Source: a virus. Taken from it: 64,000 nucleotides of DNA. The stretch is taken from positions 18,796-82,795 of the IMG/VR virus record IMGVR_UViG_3300036780_000414. One strand, written 5' to 3'. The notes under the pieces were generated by a model, which searched no databases, was not told the origin of the DNA, and worked only from the letters and a program-made list of their open reading frames with translations. Positions 31,450 to 41,717 of this stretch are shown piece by piece. Both the position numbers and the translations under genes were made by a program. Every line of letters starts with the position of its first letter. Within the stretch, counting starts at the first letter, position 1.

Positions 31450-32052
31450 TCCTGAACTGGGAGTACAGGAACGGCGCCAACCCAGGTGGCCGGGTCACCG
31501 ATACCTGTGGGTACCCAGTTCGGGCACCAGCCCCCATGCCCGCCGTTGCCGCTCGCACCGCAGTACCCGCACGTCAGGTCACCGCTGCCCAGGCCGCCGG
31601 CACCGCCGGCGCCGAAGGTGATCCCGACAGCCGCCAGGAGCGCCAGCTGCCGCCCGGTGGGGATGCCGTCTGCGGCGGCCTCCTCGCACCAGGTGCGGAT
31701 CAGAGTCTTCATCTCAGCTGCGTGATGGCCGTTCGCGGCCCAGTCGGCCACCAGTGCGGCCAGGTCACGGGTCGTCATGGGATGTCCTCGAATTCCACGC
31801 TGTACGCGGTCAGGGGCCGGTTCGGTTTCCCGTCGCCGCGCAGCGGCCGGGTCGCGGATACCTTCCGCCAGGTCTCGTACGCGGCGATCATCGACGGGAA
31901 GCGGATCGCCTCCGCCCGGCTGGCCACCCAGCGGGCCATGCCGACACCGCCGGCGTACTCCAGGTTGAACTCAGCGAGGTACCGGCCAACCGGGGACCGG
32001 CCGTCCCCGCGCATGACGTTCGGGCCGGCCCCCGCGCACTTCATGACGACGC

Positions 32053-32991
32053 TCACCGCTGCCCGCTGTCCTCTCCCGGCTGCCCGCTCGGCTCGGGTAC
32101 GGCGCGGATCACCGGGGCTGTGTCGTCGTCTTCAGCAGCCCCGATCGCGGCGGCCCCGCTGCCCACGGGGATCGGGTCGGCCTGCGCGGTGGCCAGCGCG
32201 TGAGCCATCTCGTACTGGTACTCAGTCGAGTGCGGGACCTGCCCGTACAGGCGGCGGATGGAGGTCTTCCGCCACATCATGTGGGTGTCCTTGCCTTCCT
32301 GTGGCCAGTTCGGACCCCAGAACTCGAACGTCTTCGCCCTGGCCCGGTAGGACAGCACGTCGTCTACGCCCAGGACGGCCGGCTGACTGTGGCCGCCGCC
32401 GGCCATCGCGGCGAACGACCAGACGCCGGTCAGGAACTCGCGTTCCTTCGCGCCGCCCAGGCCGACTTGCCCGTACTCGTTGGCCGGGACGACGTGCTTC
32501 GGTAGGTCCTCACCGGGTGCCCAGTTGAACTTGTCGCCCCTGCGGACCACATAGCAGCTCACGGCGGTGACCTGCCCGGTGCGGTACACCATGTCGAGCA
32601 TGCCCTTGTAGCCGACGATTCCGCTGATCGAGTAGGTGCCCTTGTCCGGGTTCGGCTGCCCGCCGACCTTGTCCCGGCCGTCCTTGAACGGGACGAAGTA
32701 GAAGTGCTCGGTGCCCGGCACCAGGCCGAGGCGGGCGCACTCGCTGAGCTGGTCGAAGAACGTCTCCGGGTGCTGCCACAGCGCCATCTGAAGGTTGACG
32801 CTGCCGCGCCGGATCGCCGCGATGCCCAGCTCAACGAACCGCTCGGCGTCGACGTGGCTCGGGGCCACCTTGGCGAACCAGCCGCCGTGCTTGCGGATCT
32901 TCGCCTCGGTCAGCTCCATGGCCTTGGCCAGTTCGCCCTCACGGTGAGTCTGACGGTGAGTGGCGACTTGTCCGCGGATTGTCGGTGGCAT
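32053..32991 (-). CDS. recT: RecT-family single-strand annealing protein
   Basis: CARLGLVPG...YFVPF, GYKGMLDMVYRTG, MWRKTSIRRL...P.S.E. Confidence 0.9.
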   Translation of the reverse strand: MPPTIRGQVATHRQTHREGELAKAMELTEAKIRKHGGWFAKVAPSHVDAERFVELGIAAIRRGSVNLQMALWQHPETFFDQLSECARLGLVPGTEHFYFVPFKDGRDKVGGQPNPDKGTYSISGIVGYKGMLDMVYRTGQVTAVSCYVVRRGDKFNWAPGEDLPKHVVPANEYGQVGLGGAKEREFLTGVWSFAAMAGGGHSQPAVLGVDDVLSYRARAKTFEFWGPNWPQEGKDTHMMWRKTSIRRLYGQVPHSTEYQYEMAHALATAQADPIPVGSGAAAIGAAEDDDTAPVIRAVPEPSGQPGEDSGQR

Positions 32992-33223
32992 TAGCTTTCC
33001 TCCTTGTCACCCGCGCCGCTTGCCGGCGCGGGTTGCTGCTGCGCGCGCCACGTCTTCATGCGCGCGGTGTGCGGGTGGTGGGGGACGAACGGCAGGTTGT
33101 TGTACCTGCTGCGTCCCCGGCACCACACGCCGGGGTGGGCACCGCAGTACAGGCAGCGCACCGTCCGGGTGGCTGCCTCCTCGTCGTCGCGGCGCTGCTG
33201 CTGGCCTGGTGTCCGCTGCGGGG

Positions 33224-33451
33224 TCACAGTGCCGGCGTCCCGTCTTCCACGGGTACCAGCACGATGCCGTCAGCCATGAGCTTGACGGGGCTGCTCAGCA
33301 GGTACGTGGTCATCAGCGTCTGCTCCTCGCGGCTGGCCATCGCCAGTGCCACGCCCAGTTCCTTGAGGGCCAGGTCCAGCACCGCCACCTTCTGGCTTAT
33401 GGTCAGGTCATGCTCGTGCTCCAGGTCACCGAGCCGCACCATGCGGATCAC
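33224..33451 (-). CDS. Small hypothetical protein, paralog of 33426..33695
   Basis: R.VRL...LT..Q...L.LA..LG...DG.V.VPV.DG shared; GAGGAGG RBS. Confidence 0.65.
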   Translation of the reverse strand: MIRMVRLGDLEHEHDLTISQKVAVLDLALKELGVALAMASREEQTLMTTYLLSSPVKLMADGIVLVPVEDGTPAL

Positions 33452-33695
33452 TCGTGCTCGCCTCCTCGGCCTTGTCGGGCTCGTCACCGTCCGGCACGGG
33501 CACCATGACGTTGCCGTCGTGGTCGAACCGGACCATGCCGCCGTGGTCGGCGTACACGCGCGGGGCGCGGCTGCCGTGGATGACCTGGAGGCCCATCATG
33601 ATGCCCAGGTCGTTGATCGCCAGGGTGAGTGCGCTGAGCATCTGGTCGGTGGTCAGCCCTTCCTCGCGCATCTTGTCGAGCCGCACGTACCTCAT
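33426..33695 (-). CDS. Small hypothetical protein, paralog of 33224..33451
   Basis: Same shared pattern as 33224..33451. Confidence 0.65.
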   Translation of the reverse strand: MRYVRLDKMREEGLTTDQMLSALTLAINDLGIMMGLQVIHGSRAPRVYADHGGMVRFDHDGNVMVPVPDGDEPDKAEEASTSDPHGAAR

Positions 33696-34316
33696 GCCAG
33701 CCCCTCAATCGGGTGCTGGTGGTAGAAGCTGACCTTCAGCCCGCACACGTCGCAGCCGCCGCCGTAAGACACCGTGATAAGGCCGGTGTCCGCACCCCGG
33801 ATCTCGTAGTCCTCGCGGAACGTCAGCGCGCCAGGGTGCTGTGCGGCGGCCTGCCTGGATTTCTCCAGCAGGGCCAGGTACTCAGCCTGCGACACCCGGC
33901 CGTAAGCCTCAGCGGCTTCGTCCGTCGCGGCGTCTGCCTTGGCCGTGGCCAGCGCCGCGCAGCGGGGGCACTTCGCCCAGTTATTCGCGCTCATCACCAC
34001 TCCTGCACGTGGGGGATCGTCATGGACGGCAGCGCGTGCGCGTACACGCTGAAGTGCCGCTTCGCGTCCTGCTGCGGCATGCCGAGCCCGACCTTGACGC
34101 TGGTGATCCCGCCGCCGGTCTTCCACGCCACGTAGCGGGCCGCGAGTACCCGAGCGTCATCGAAGCGTGCCTCGTGCGCGCCCCCGTACCAAGACGCCTT
34201 CGCCACGCGGCGCAGGAACTCGCGCAGGTCAGCTTCCGGGTCCGACTCGTGGAACAGGTGCACCACCGCGCACTCAAGCCCGGAGGCGTCATGGAACGCG
34301 ACTGTGGCGTCCGGTG

Positions 34317-35456
34317 TCATGACCGGCCCAGGTTCATCCACCGGCGGCCGGGGGTCCACTTGTCCACCGGGGTCTTCCGCTCCAGTGACCGCGCCAGCGC
34401 CGGCTTCGTCTTGCGCAGCTGCTCCACGTCGATCGTGGACATGTCGTAGGTGCTGCGGGACATGACGGTCACGTCCTGGCCCTCACGCTCAGGGTCAGGG
34501 AAGGTGATCTTCTGCGCGCCGGCGGCCTTCGCGCCCAGCATGTTCTGGAGCTTCCCGTAGCGCTCCTCGGCGGCTTTCATCCGCAGGTACGCGGAGCGCA
34601 GGCGGGTGGCGTCGGTCTTGGTGGCCCGGTAGGTGCGGCCTTCTTCCAGCGGGTGCAGGGTGCGCAGTGCGCGGCCGGTCTCCGGGGTCCAGTCCAGGTC
34701 CGGCGGGTCATCGTTGTCGAGGCGCTCCAGGAACAGCGCGGCCTCCTTGACCATGAACTGGATGTCGGCCTCGGCGTCGTCGGTGCGGCTGACCACGTAC
34801 AGCTCGGTCTTGTCCTGGCCCATGAACGTGACCGGCACGTGCACCATGTCGCCGCCCCAGATGGCCATCTGCCAGTACGCCTGGCACTTGTAGTGGTCGG
34901 GGATCTCGTCGGTGTACGGCTCACCCCAGACCTGCTCGCCGGTCGCGGGGTCGCTGTGGCTGAGCGCGGTCTTCACCTCGGCGGGCGTCATGCGGGCGCG
35001 CAGGCCGGCGATGTCATCCGCCTGCCCGTCTCCGGCCAGCGCCTTGAGGTAATCCTCCTTGTGCGGCCCGGCGACCTCGCGGCTGACGGTGAAGCGGTCG
35101 TAGGTGGCGGTCATCCACGGGCAGTGCTCATCGCGGTACAGGCCGCCGGGTAGCACCAGCAGGTCAGGGCGGAGGTCCGCGAGGTCTTCGGCTACCAGGT
35201 CTTCCCACCGCCTGCCGCGCCGCATGTGCCGGTTCTCGCCTTCGAGCCGCAGCCCGGTCTTCTTCTGGACGAACAGGCTGAACGGGTTGCCGTGGCTCTT
35301 GGGTGCGAGGCCGAGCAGCACGGCGATCTCCGACGCGCCGATGCTGGACTCCCGGTACTCGTGCCACTCGTCCGGGTTGCGGGTGATCTCGTCTGCTGTC
35401 ATGAGCAGCTTGGCTGGCATGTGCGCCCCTCTCTCGGGTGGGGTCATGGTTTGCAT
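34317..35456 (-). CDS. YqaJ-like viral recombinase exonuclease (RecE-like); alternative start at 35420
   Basis: W..YR...IGASEIA.LLG, G...E, ATYDR, EVKT, IPDHYKCQ..WQM. Confidence 0.88.
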   Translation of the reverse strand: MQTMTPPERGAHMPAKLLMTADEITRNPDEWHEYRESSIGASEIAVLLGLAPKSHGNPFSLFVQKKTGLRLEGENRHMRRGRRWEDLVAEDLADLRPDLLVLPGGLYRDEHCPWMTATYDRFTVSREVAGPHKEDYLKALAGDGQADDIAGLRARMTPAEVKTALSHSDPATGEQVWGEPYTDEIPDHYKCQAYWQMAIWGGDMVHVPVTFMGQDKTELYVVSRTDDAEADIQFMVKEAALFLERLDNDDPPDLDWTPETGRALRTLHPLEEGRTYRATKTDATRLRSAYLRMKAAEERYGKLQNMLGAKAAGAQKITFPDPEREGQDVTVMSRSTYDMSTIDVEQLRKTKPALARSLERKTPVDKWTPGRRWMNLGRS

Positions 35457-35465
35457 GTAACCAGT

Positions 35466-35487
35466 ACTTTACATGGAACCACTGACA
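35466..35487 (-). promoter_or_regulatory. RecA-NDp/PafBC-type DNA-damage promoter
   Basis: Minus strand TGTCAGTG-GTTCCATG(8 nt)-TAAAGT directly upstream of the exonuclease gene. Confidence 0.65.
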
Positions 35488-35624
35488 TTCGTGGTTTCCG
35501 TGGCTGGTGTGTTGCGGGGGCTGCGGGTGGCACCTGGCAGCAGGTGCGGTTATGCTTGGCGGCAGGGTTCTGCACTGGTGGTCTCGTTGCGGCGGGCATG
35601 GTGCTTCTCCCTCTCTCAAGCGGA

Positions 35625-35658
35625 AGCCCCGCCAGGGTTCACACGCCTGGCGGGGCTG
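35625..35658 (-). terminator. Hairpin downstream of 35674..36168
   Basis: AGCCCCGCCAGG-N9-CCTGGCGGGGCT. Confidence 0.55.
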
Positions 35659-35673
35659 ATGCCGTTCCGGGGG

Positions 35674-36168
35674 CTACCCGGCTGACTTGATCTGGATCAT
35701 CCACGACCCTACGGCCTGCACGTTCAGCCGGTCGGTACCGTCAGCGCCGGTCACCTCAGTGCTGCCGCTGCCGCTGCCTGCGATGTCATTCGGCAGGCCC
35801 AGGCCGATCCCGTCGCCAGCCTCGGTGATCGCGAAGTTCGACGGCTGCGAGTCGCCGAAGCTGTCATCGATGTTCCCGCTGTACGACCAGGTGACGATGT
35901 AGTCGCCGTCGTCTGGCACGTTGAACGCGGGGGTGACCTGGTTGCCCTTGTTGGTGAACGTCTTCAGGACGGTGCCCTGCTCGGGTGGCGGCGGGGCGAC
36001 CGTCGTGGTGTCACCCGGCTCGGTGACGGTGACGGTGGGGCCGGGGACGGCCTGCCCGGTGACGGTGACAGCCGGGTTGCTGCTGCCTGCGCTGCCGATC
36101 GCCGCGCCGATCCCGATAAGGGCGGCGGCGCTGACTGTGCCGGTGATGATCTTGACGGTCCTGTGCAT
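35674..36168 (-). CDS. Membrane-anchored/secreted protein with Thr/Pro linker and beta-sandwich domain
   Basis: Basic N-terminus plus hydrophobic helix, PTVTVTEP linker, beta-rich C-terminal domain. Confidence 0.65.
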   Translation of the reverse strand: MHRTVKIITGTVSAAALIGIGAAIGSAGSSNPAVTVTGQAVPGPTVTVTEPGDTTTVAPPPPEQGTVLKTFTNKGNQVTPAFNVPDDGDYIVTWSYSGNIDDSFGDSQPSNFAITEAGDGIGLGLPNDIAGSGSGSTEVTGADGTDRLNVQAVGSWMIQIKSAG

Positions 36169-37738
36169 GGTCCTGCTTCTCTCTCTCACGCGGTAACTAG
36201 TTAGCTGCTGCTCGCGCGGCCTTGCGGGGCCGCTGGCGTATACGGGGCTATAAACCGCTAGGCGGGCACCACCTCCAGCACGGGCATCGCCTGCCCTGGG
36301 AACCAGTGCAGCGTCTCGTCACCCTCGGGCTGATCGTCAAACCGGACCACCGGCCCTTCGCTGTCGCACAGCACCTCGTACGCGCCGTCCTTCAGCACGG
36401 GGTACAGCTCGCGGAACATGCGGTCGGCCTCGGTGCCGCGTCCCCAGCAGACGACCGACCCGGCCCGCCCTGGGTCCACGGCGCTGTCTTCGCGCACGTG
36501 CACCCGCGCGCCGGTTGCATACGGTGCCCACACGCCGGCCGCGTCGATGTCTGCCTCGTCCATCCGGATCCATTCCATTACTTCTCCCCTCTCTCGCCCG
36601 CACATGTGCGCGGTACGTTTTACGGTAGCGTCCGCGGCCAGCGGCTGACCCCCCGGCGGGCAGCTGGTGCGCGACGCTCAGGCTTCCACGTAGTACAGGT
36701 CACCGGGGTCGGCTTCCTGGGTGTAGGTGCGGCCACGGTGCTCCACCGTGATGACCAGCCGCTCACCGTCGCTGGCGTCCTCCTTGCCTGTGACCTTCCC
36801 CCGGTCGGGCAGGCCGTCTTTCCTGACGCCCGCCGTGCGCAGCACGGCCCCCGGCTGGAGCTCGTCGGCGCTGCGCAGTTCCATCAGTGCACCTCGCGCA
36901 GGCCGCGCATGTCCGGGTTGTGGGTGAAGTAACCGGGGCCGGGTGTCACGCGGGTGACCTTCGCCCCGGCCCCCGCTATGCCGGTCAGCTCCATGGCCTT
37001 GTCGTAGGCGGCGGGGCCGCTGTGGGCGCGGACGGTGATCGCGACGCGCAGGCCCCCTTCGGCGTCGGGCATGTAGACGGTGAACATCGGTCTCCTCTCT
37101 CAGGGCGTGTCGGTCAGGTGCTCGACTCGCACTGACCACGGGTACTGCGGCTGGTCCGGCCGGCAGACGACCGCGTACCTGTCCCCCGGCCTGACCGGGT
37201 AGACCAGCTCGGTATCCGCCTGGTTGTAGCTCACGGTCACGCGCGCCCCTGCGGGACGGGCGTCGGCTTCGGTTGCGGGCACTGGTGCGGCCACAGGGGT
37301 TACTCCTTTGGCTCGTAGGTGGCCACGCCGTCGTCGTCGTAGGTGACGGTGCAGTTGGCTTCCAGCCACCGCTGCCGTTCCCTCGCCTCCCACAGGCGCT
37401 GGTCGGCTTCGGCGTCGGCGTTGTCGCGGGCTACCTGCTGCTCGTACATTTCCTGGTCGTGCTGCTCGGGTGTCATCGTCAGTGGCCGGCTTCCCACTCA
37501 GCAAGCCGCGTCTCGGCTTGCTCGATCGCCTCAGCTGCGGACTCTCCCCAGCTTTCTCGCTGCGCACCGTTGGGAAGTTGGAAACGGCACACCCAGCTTG
37601 CACGGAACATCGGGCTGGGTTCATAGGTGGTCGTGAGGTCCACGGCCCGCTCCCCTGGGTCGTTCGCGGTGGTCTTGGTGTCATTCCCGGTCCAGATCCT
37701 GCCGGCCATCTTGCGTCCCCTCTCATGCTTACAACCCC

Positions 37739-37757
37739 ATTGTACCACCCACATGTG
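37739..37757 (-). promoter_or_regulatory. Repeated phage promoter/operator copy
   Basis: CACATGTG-GGTGG-TACAAT. Confidence 0.8.
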
Positions 37758-38025
37758 GGTGGTGGGGGATGTACGGCGAGGAGACTCAGGCATCACCCGC
37801 TGCTGCTTCGTCACGGCGGAAGCACCCGCACGCGCAGGTCACTGATGTGGCGGTACAGGCGGAACCGCTTGTACGCGACGACGCATGAGCCGTCCGCGCT
37901 GACCTCGCGCAGCTCACCGACGACGTACCGGGTGCCGTTCAGCTGCATCCACACCAGTTCGGTCAGGTAGCGCTTGTACTCCTCCGGGGTCATCCGGTAC
38001 AGGTAGTTCGGCATGGTGCCCTCTC

Positions 38026-38517
38026 TCAGTTGGTGGTGCTGAACAGCAGGTCCGCCCCGGCGGGGTTGCTCGCGAGGCTCGGCCCCCACGCCATCTCCAG
38101 CGAGTGCCCCGACAGCTGGCACAGGCCGGGACCGCGCGGCCAGTCGTCGAACGTCACGCCGACGTACCGGCTGCCCGGTTCCCGCCAGGTCCGCTCGATC
38201 ACCAGCCCGTATGCGTTGACCACCCACGCGTGGTGGACCCACAGGCCCAGCGGCGACAGCGCGAACCCTTCCGCGTAAGCGCACCCTTCCGGGTCGAACG
38301 CGGTCACGCCGAGCACCGTGCGGGCGGCGTTGGTGAAGCACATGCGCGGTGTCATCAGCGGGCCGCCCCGGTACGGCCGGCCGTCCGGGTAGCGGGCCAC
38401 CTCCCACTCGTGGCCGCGCTCAGCGATCACGTCCCAGGCCCTGTACTCCGGCATCCGGCCGCGTGTGGCGTCTGCGCACCGCTGCGCGAACTCGCGGGCC
38501 TCCCTGGTGCTGGTCAT
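38026..38517 (-). CDS. Transglutaminase/papain-fold-like putative cysteine enzyme
   Basis: CFTNA ... YAEGFA ... HHAW ... IERTW ... YVGV (Cys-His-acid arrangement); GAGAGAGGG RBS. Confidence 0.5.
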   Translation of the reverse strand: MTSTREAREFAQRCADATRGRMPEYRAWDVIAERGHEWEVARYPDGRPYRGGPLMTPRMCFTNAARTVLGVTAFDPEGCAYAEGFALSPLGLWVHHAWVVNAYGLVIERTWREPGSRYVGVTFDDWPRGPGLCQLSGHSLEMAWGPSLASNPAGADLLFSTTN

Positions 38518-39126
38518 GCTGCCCTCTCTCAGGTTCCGGTGCTCGCGCGTGGCTCGGTAAAGTCGGTGACCGCGACGCTGACCCAGGCGTTCAGGGTGGC
38601 GTAACCGCGCAGCTCGCGGCGCTTTCCCAGTGCCGGGGTGTAGGTGCCGCCGCCGTACCTGGTGGTCTTGCGGTGCCCGCCCTGGCCGTCCCAGGTCATG
38701 AAGCCGAAGTTGTAGCGCCCGTCGAACCACCGCCGGGCGGCGGTGACCCATACCCAGGTGCGCCCGTCGAGCATGACGCCGTCGCCGTTCGGGTAGTGCT
38801 CGGCGTCGTGGTGCTCGACGGTGACCTCAACCGTCCAGCCGGCCGCGCGCAGCTTGTCCGCGTACTTGCCGGCACGGGCCTCAGCCTGGGTGGTCACTGC
38901 TCGTCCTTCCGGGTGACGCTGGTGACGGTGTACGCGCCGCCCATGCCGTCTGCCCGCTTGCCTGCGGTGAACGGCGGCGGCAGGGTCGCGTCGGCGGACA
39001 CCTGCTCGGTGACCTCGATCCCCTCCAGCACGCCGTGCAGCTGCTTGACGACCATGTAAGTGACCAGTGCAGTGGTGATCATCGCGGCCTCCTTCCCGAC
39101 CCGGCCCTACCGGGTCTCACAGCACC

Positions 39127-39145
39127 AGTATACCACCCACATGTG
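39127..39145 (-). promoter_or_regulatory. Repeated phage promoter/operator copy
   Basis: CCCTAC-TCCT-CACATGTG-GGTGG-TATACT. Confidence 0.8.
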
Positions 39146-40086
39146 AGGAGTAGGGGATTCGCGGTCCGTCAGCAGGGCCTGCCGTGGATGTCGTAGCCGC
39201 GCGCGGTCTCCTCACGGCTCAGCTCGCGCGGCTGGCCGTGCATCCTCGCGTGCTCCTCCAGGCCCAGCTGCCAGGTGACCGGGGAGACCTGGCCGGGGCG
39301 TTCGAGGGTAAACCCGTCGTAGAAGCCGGCTTCCTCCCGTTCGGCCCCGGTCATCGTGTCGAACTCCGGGTACAGCGGGGCGGGCGGGGTCGCGTGGTAG
39401 CGGTCACGCTGCGCGTCGCGGTAGCGGTCGCGTGCGTAGCTGTCGCGCCACTCGTCCATCTGCCGGGCCAGCTCGCCCGGCTGCGGGAACCAGGTGAACA
39501 TCAGGGTGCCTCCTTGCCGCTGACGTAGCTTGTCACCGCGTCGCGGGCCTCGGCGGGGACCGGCACCGGCTTGCCGCCGAAGGTCTCGGCGCGCAGGAAG
39601 CCGTCCTCGCTGCGGTGCACGTACATGATCCCGTGGACGGGCACGTTCACCACCCGGTACAGCACGCCCGCGCCGACCTGCTGGTACTCGGCCACGTACG
39701 CGGGCTGCGCCTCGGCGTTGGCCGCGTCGGTCCGGTCGTGGCAGTAGCAGCGCAGGCCGCCGTGCCACGACAGCCGGTAGACATGCCCTGGGACGGTCAT
39801 GAGGTCAGCTCCCTTTCCAGTGCGGCCACGGCCTGCCCGGCGGTGGGGTAGGTCTGCGGCTCCGTGCTGCTGGCAGACTGCCAGTCCCACACGTCTTCCG
39901 GTTGCCAGCTCACGATGTCACCGAGCCAGGCGGCCTGGAGGGCTTCCGGGCTGCTCGCGTCAACGTCGGTGCCGGCCCGGTAGACCTCCCAGCGCGTCGC
40001 GCCGTTGCGGCCTCCGGCGACCCTGCGGGCCACGACCCCATCAGGCAGGGGCACCTTGAATGCTGTCACGCTGCTCAGCCTCTCTT

Positions 40087-40350
40087 TCATGCCATCGCCG
40101 GCGCGAACGCCCAGCTCACCTTGTTTGACCGGGCCAGGTTGCAGCGCCGGCACGCCGGCTGGACGTTGTCGCGCCGGTACGACCCGCCGGGGACGATCCG
40201 GTCGGCCTCGACGGTGGCGAAGGTCAGCGGGCACCCGCAGTGGACGCACGGGCAGCTGGCGCCGTTGCCCCAGGTTGCCAGCATCCACGTCTTGCGGGCT
40301 CGCCGGTCTGCTGCGTTTCCGCGTTTCTCGCCGCCTGGCCTCGCGCTCAC
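40087..40350 (-). CDS. HNH endonuclease-like protein
   Basis: CVHCG, DRIVPGGSY..DNVQPACRRCN; RBS before GTG 40350. Confidence 0.8.
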   Translation of the reverse strand: MSARPGGEKRGNAADRRARKTWMLATWGNGASCPCVHCGCPLTFATVEADRIVPGGSYRRDNVQPACRRCNLARSNKVSWAFAPAMA

Positions 40351-40381
40351 GGGTGCCTCGCCCTCTCGCTGCTCACACCTT

Positions 40382-40400
40382 ATTGTACCACACACATGTG
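40382..40400 (-). promoter_or_regulatory. Repeated phage promoter/operator copy
   Basis: CCCTAC-TACC-CACATGTG-TGTGG-TACAAT. Confidence 0.8.
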
Positions 40401-40821
40401 GGTAGTAGGGGGTGGTCAGGCGGTCAGGTTCTGCCGCCGCCGCAGCTCACGCTGCCTGCACGCGAGCGCGGTGTCTTCCCTGGTGTGCCGGTGCGGGCAC
40501 TGCCAGCCGGGCAGCGTCGCCGCCCACGCCGGCCGCCGCCTGCGTGACCGCCATATCGTGTCGCTGAGCGTGAGCGGCCCCCAGCCCAGGTGCCAGCCGA
40601 GTCTCATGCCGGCTCCCCGGTGGCCGTGACCAGCAGGGTCCGGGTGGTGCCGGCGCTGGTTACCTCGCGGGTGTAGGTGACCGCGTACGTGCGGGCGGCG
40701 TGGGTACCGTGGCTGACGGCCCTGTCGACGGCGCGCTTGGCGGTGCCGACGCTGACGCCGAAGGTGTCGCGTATGTGGCTGACGGCGGCGTTCTCCTCGC
40801 GTACCGCGTCGAATGCCCTGC

Positions 40822-41190
40822 TCATGACTGCCCACCCTCTGACCTCACGGTGACGACCACGCTGCCGCCTGCGATGTGCCCGGCGGTCTTCCAGGTGTTG
40901 ATCTCGGCGACGCGCTTCGCGTACCGCTTGATCAGGGTCTGGCCGGTTATCCTCTCGGCGCTGGCGGCGTTCATGCTGACCGCTATGTCGTTCCAGGTGT
41001 AGCCCTTGGCCCGCAGGGCGGCCATGACGCGCACCGCTGCCTGCTCCATCTCGGCGGCGAGGTCGAACATGTCGGTCATCATCCACGGGTCCTCTTCGAC
41101 GGCCCGCTTCTCGGCCGACTTGACTTGCCGGCGCAGGCCGCTGACGACCTCTTCGGGTGTCTTGGGGGCTCGCTCGCGGGTGGTGGCCAT
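40822..41190 (-). CDS. Small HTH-like protein, first gene of the leftward arm
   Basis: LRAKGYTWNDIAVSM pattern; AAGGAG RBS. Confidence 0.6.
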   Translation of the reverse strand: MATTRERAPKTPEEVVSGLRRQVKSAEKRAVEEDPWMMTDMFDLAAEMEQAAVRVMAALRAKGYTWNDIAVSMNAASAERITGQTLIKRYAKRVAEINTWKTAGHIAGGSVVVTVRSEGGQS

Positions 41191-41241
41191 GATCCTCGCT
41201 CCTTGGGGTCTTACTACCAACCTGTACGCTCTAAGTGTACC

Positions 41242-41260
41242 AGGATACCACCCACATGTG
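41242..41260 (-). promoter_or_regulatory. Repeated phage promoter/operator copy heading the leftward arm
   Basis: ACCTAC-CCCA-CACATGTG-GGTGG-TATCCT. Confidence 0.8.
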
Positions 41261-41717
41261 TGGGGTAGGTAGTAAATATTTAGCACCGGGAAAGCCCAGG
41301 GAGAACTCCGCGGAAAGGAGGCGGAAATCGACGTGGCCGGACGAAAACGCGCCAGGGGGTAAACGGTACCCGGAAGGGCTCACGGAAGGGCTCAGGCGGC
41401 CCTGGGAGACACCACGCCGGCCGGTCCCGAATACAGGGTCAAACCCGTTAGCCGGCGGTAAGGTAACCCCACAAAGTCAAAGGGCCGCGCCCGCGCCCGA
41501 AGGCGAGTGCGCGGCCCCTGTGAACCCTTAGCAGCGGACCAACGCTACTTCGGACCCTACGACCACATATGGATCCGGGTGCTCGACTACCCGGTTCCCC
41601 TACTACCAGCCACCAGAAGGCAGGCAACATGTCCAATGTAGCAGCCCGCGCTCACATTCAGGCGTGCGACACGACCGCAGCCGGTTACATGATGCGTCAG
41701 GGGCCGGTGAGCGCAGC

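Larger units (their letters stand above)
36258..40088 (-). other. Run of small early-type hypothetical ORFs
   Basis: Many 60-130 aa minus-strand ORFs with GAGAG-type RBS, interspersed with promoter copies. Confidence 0.55.
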
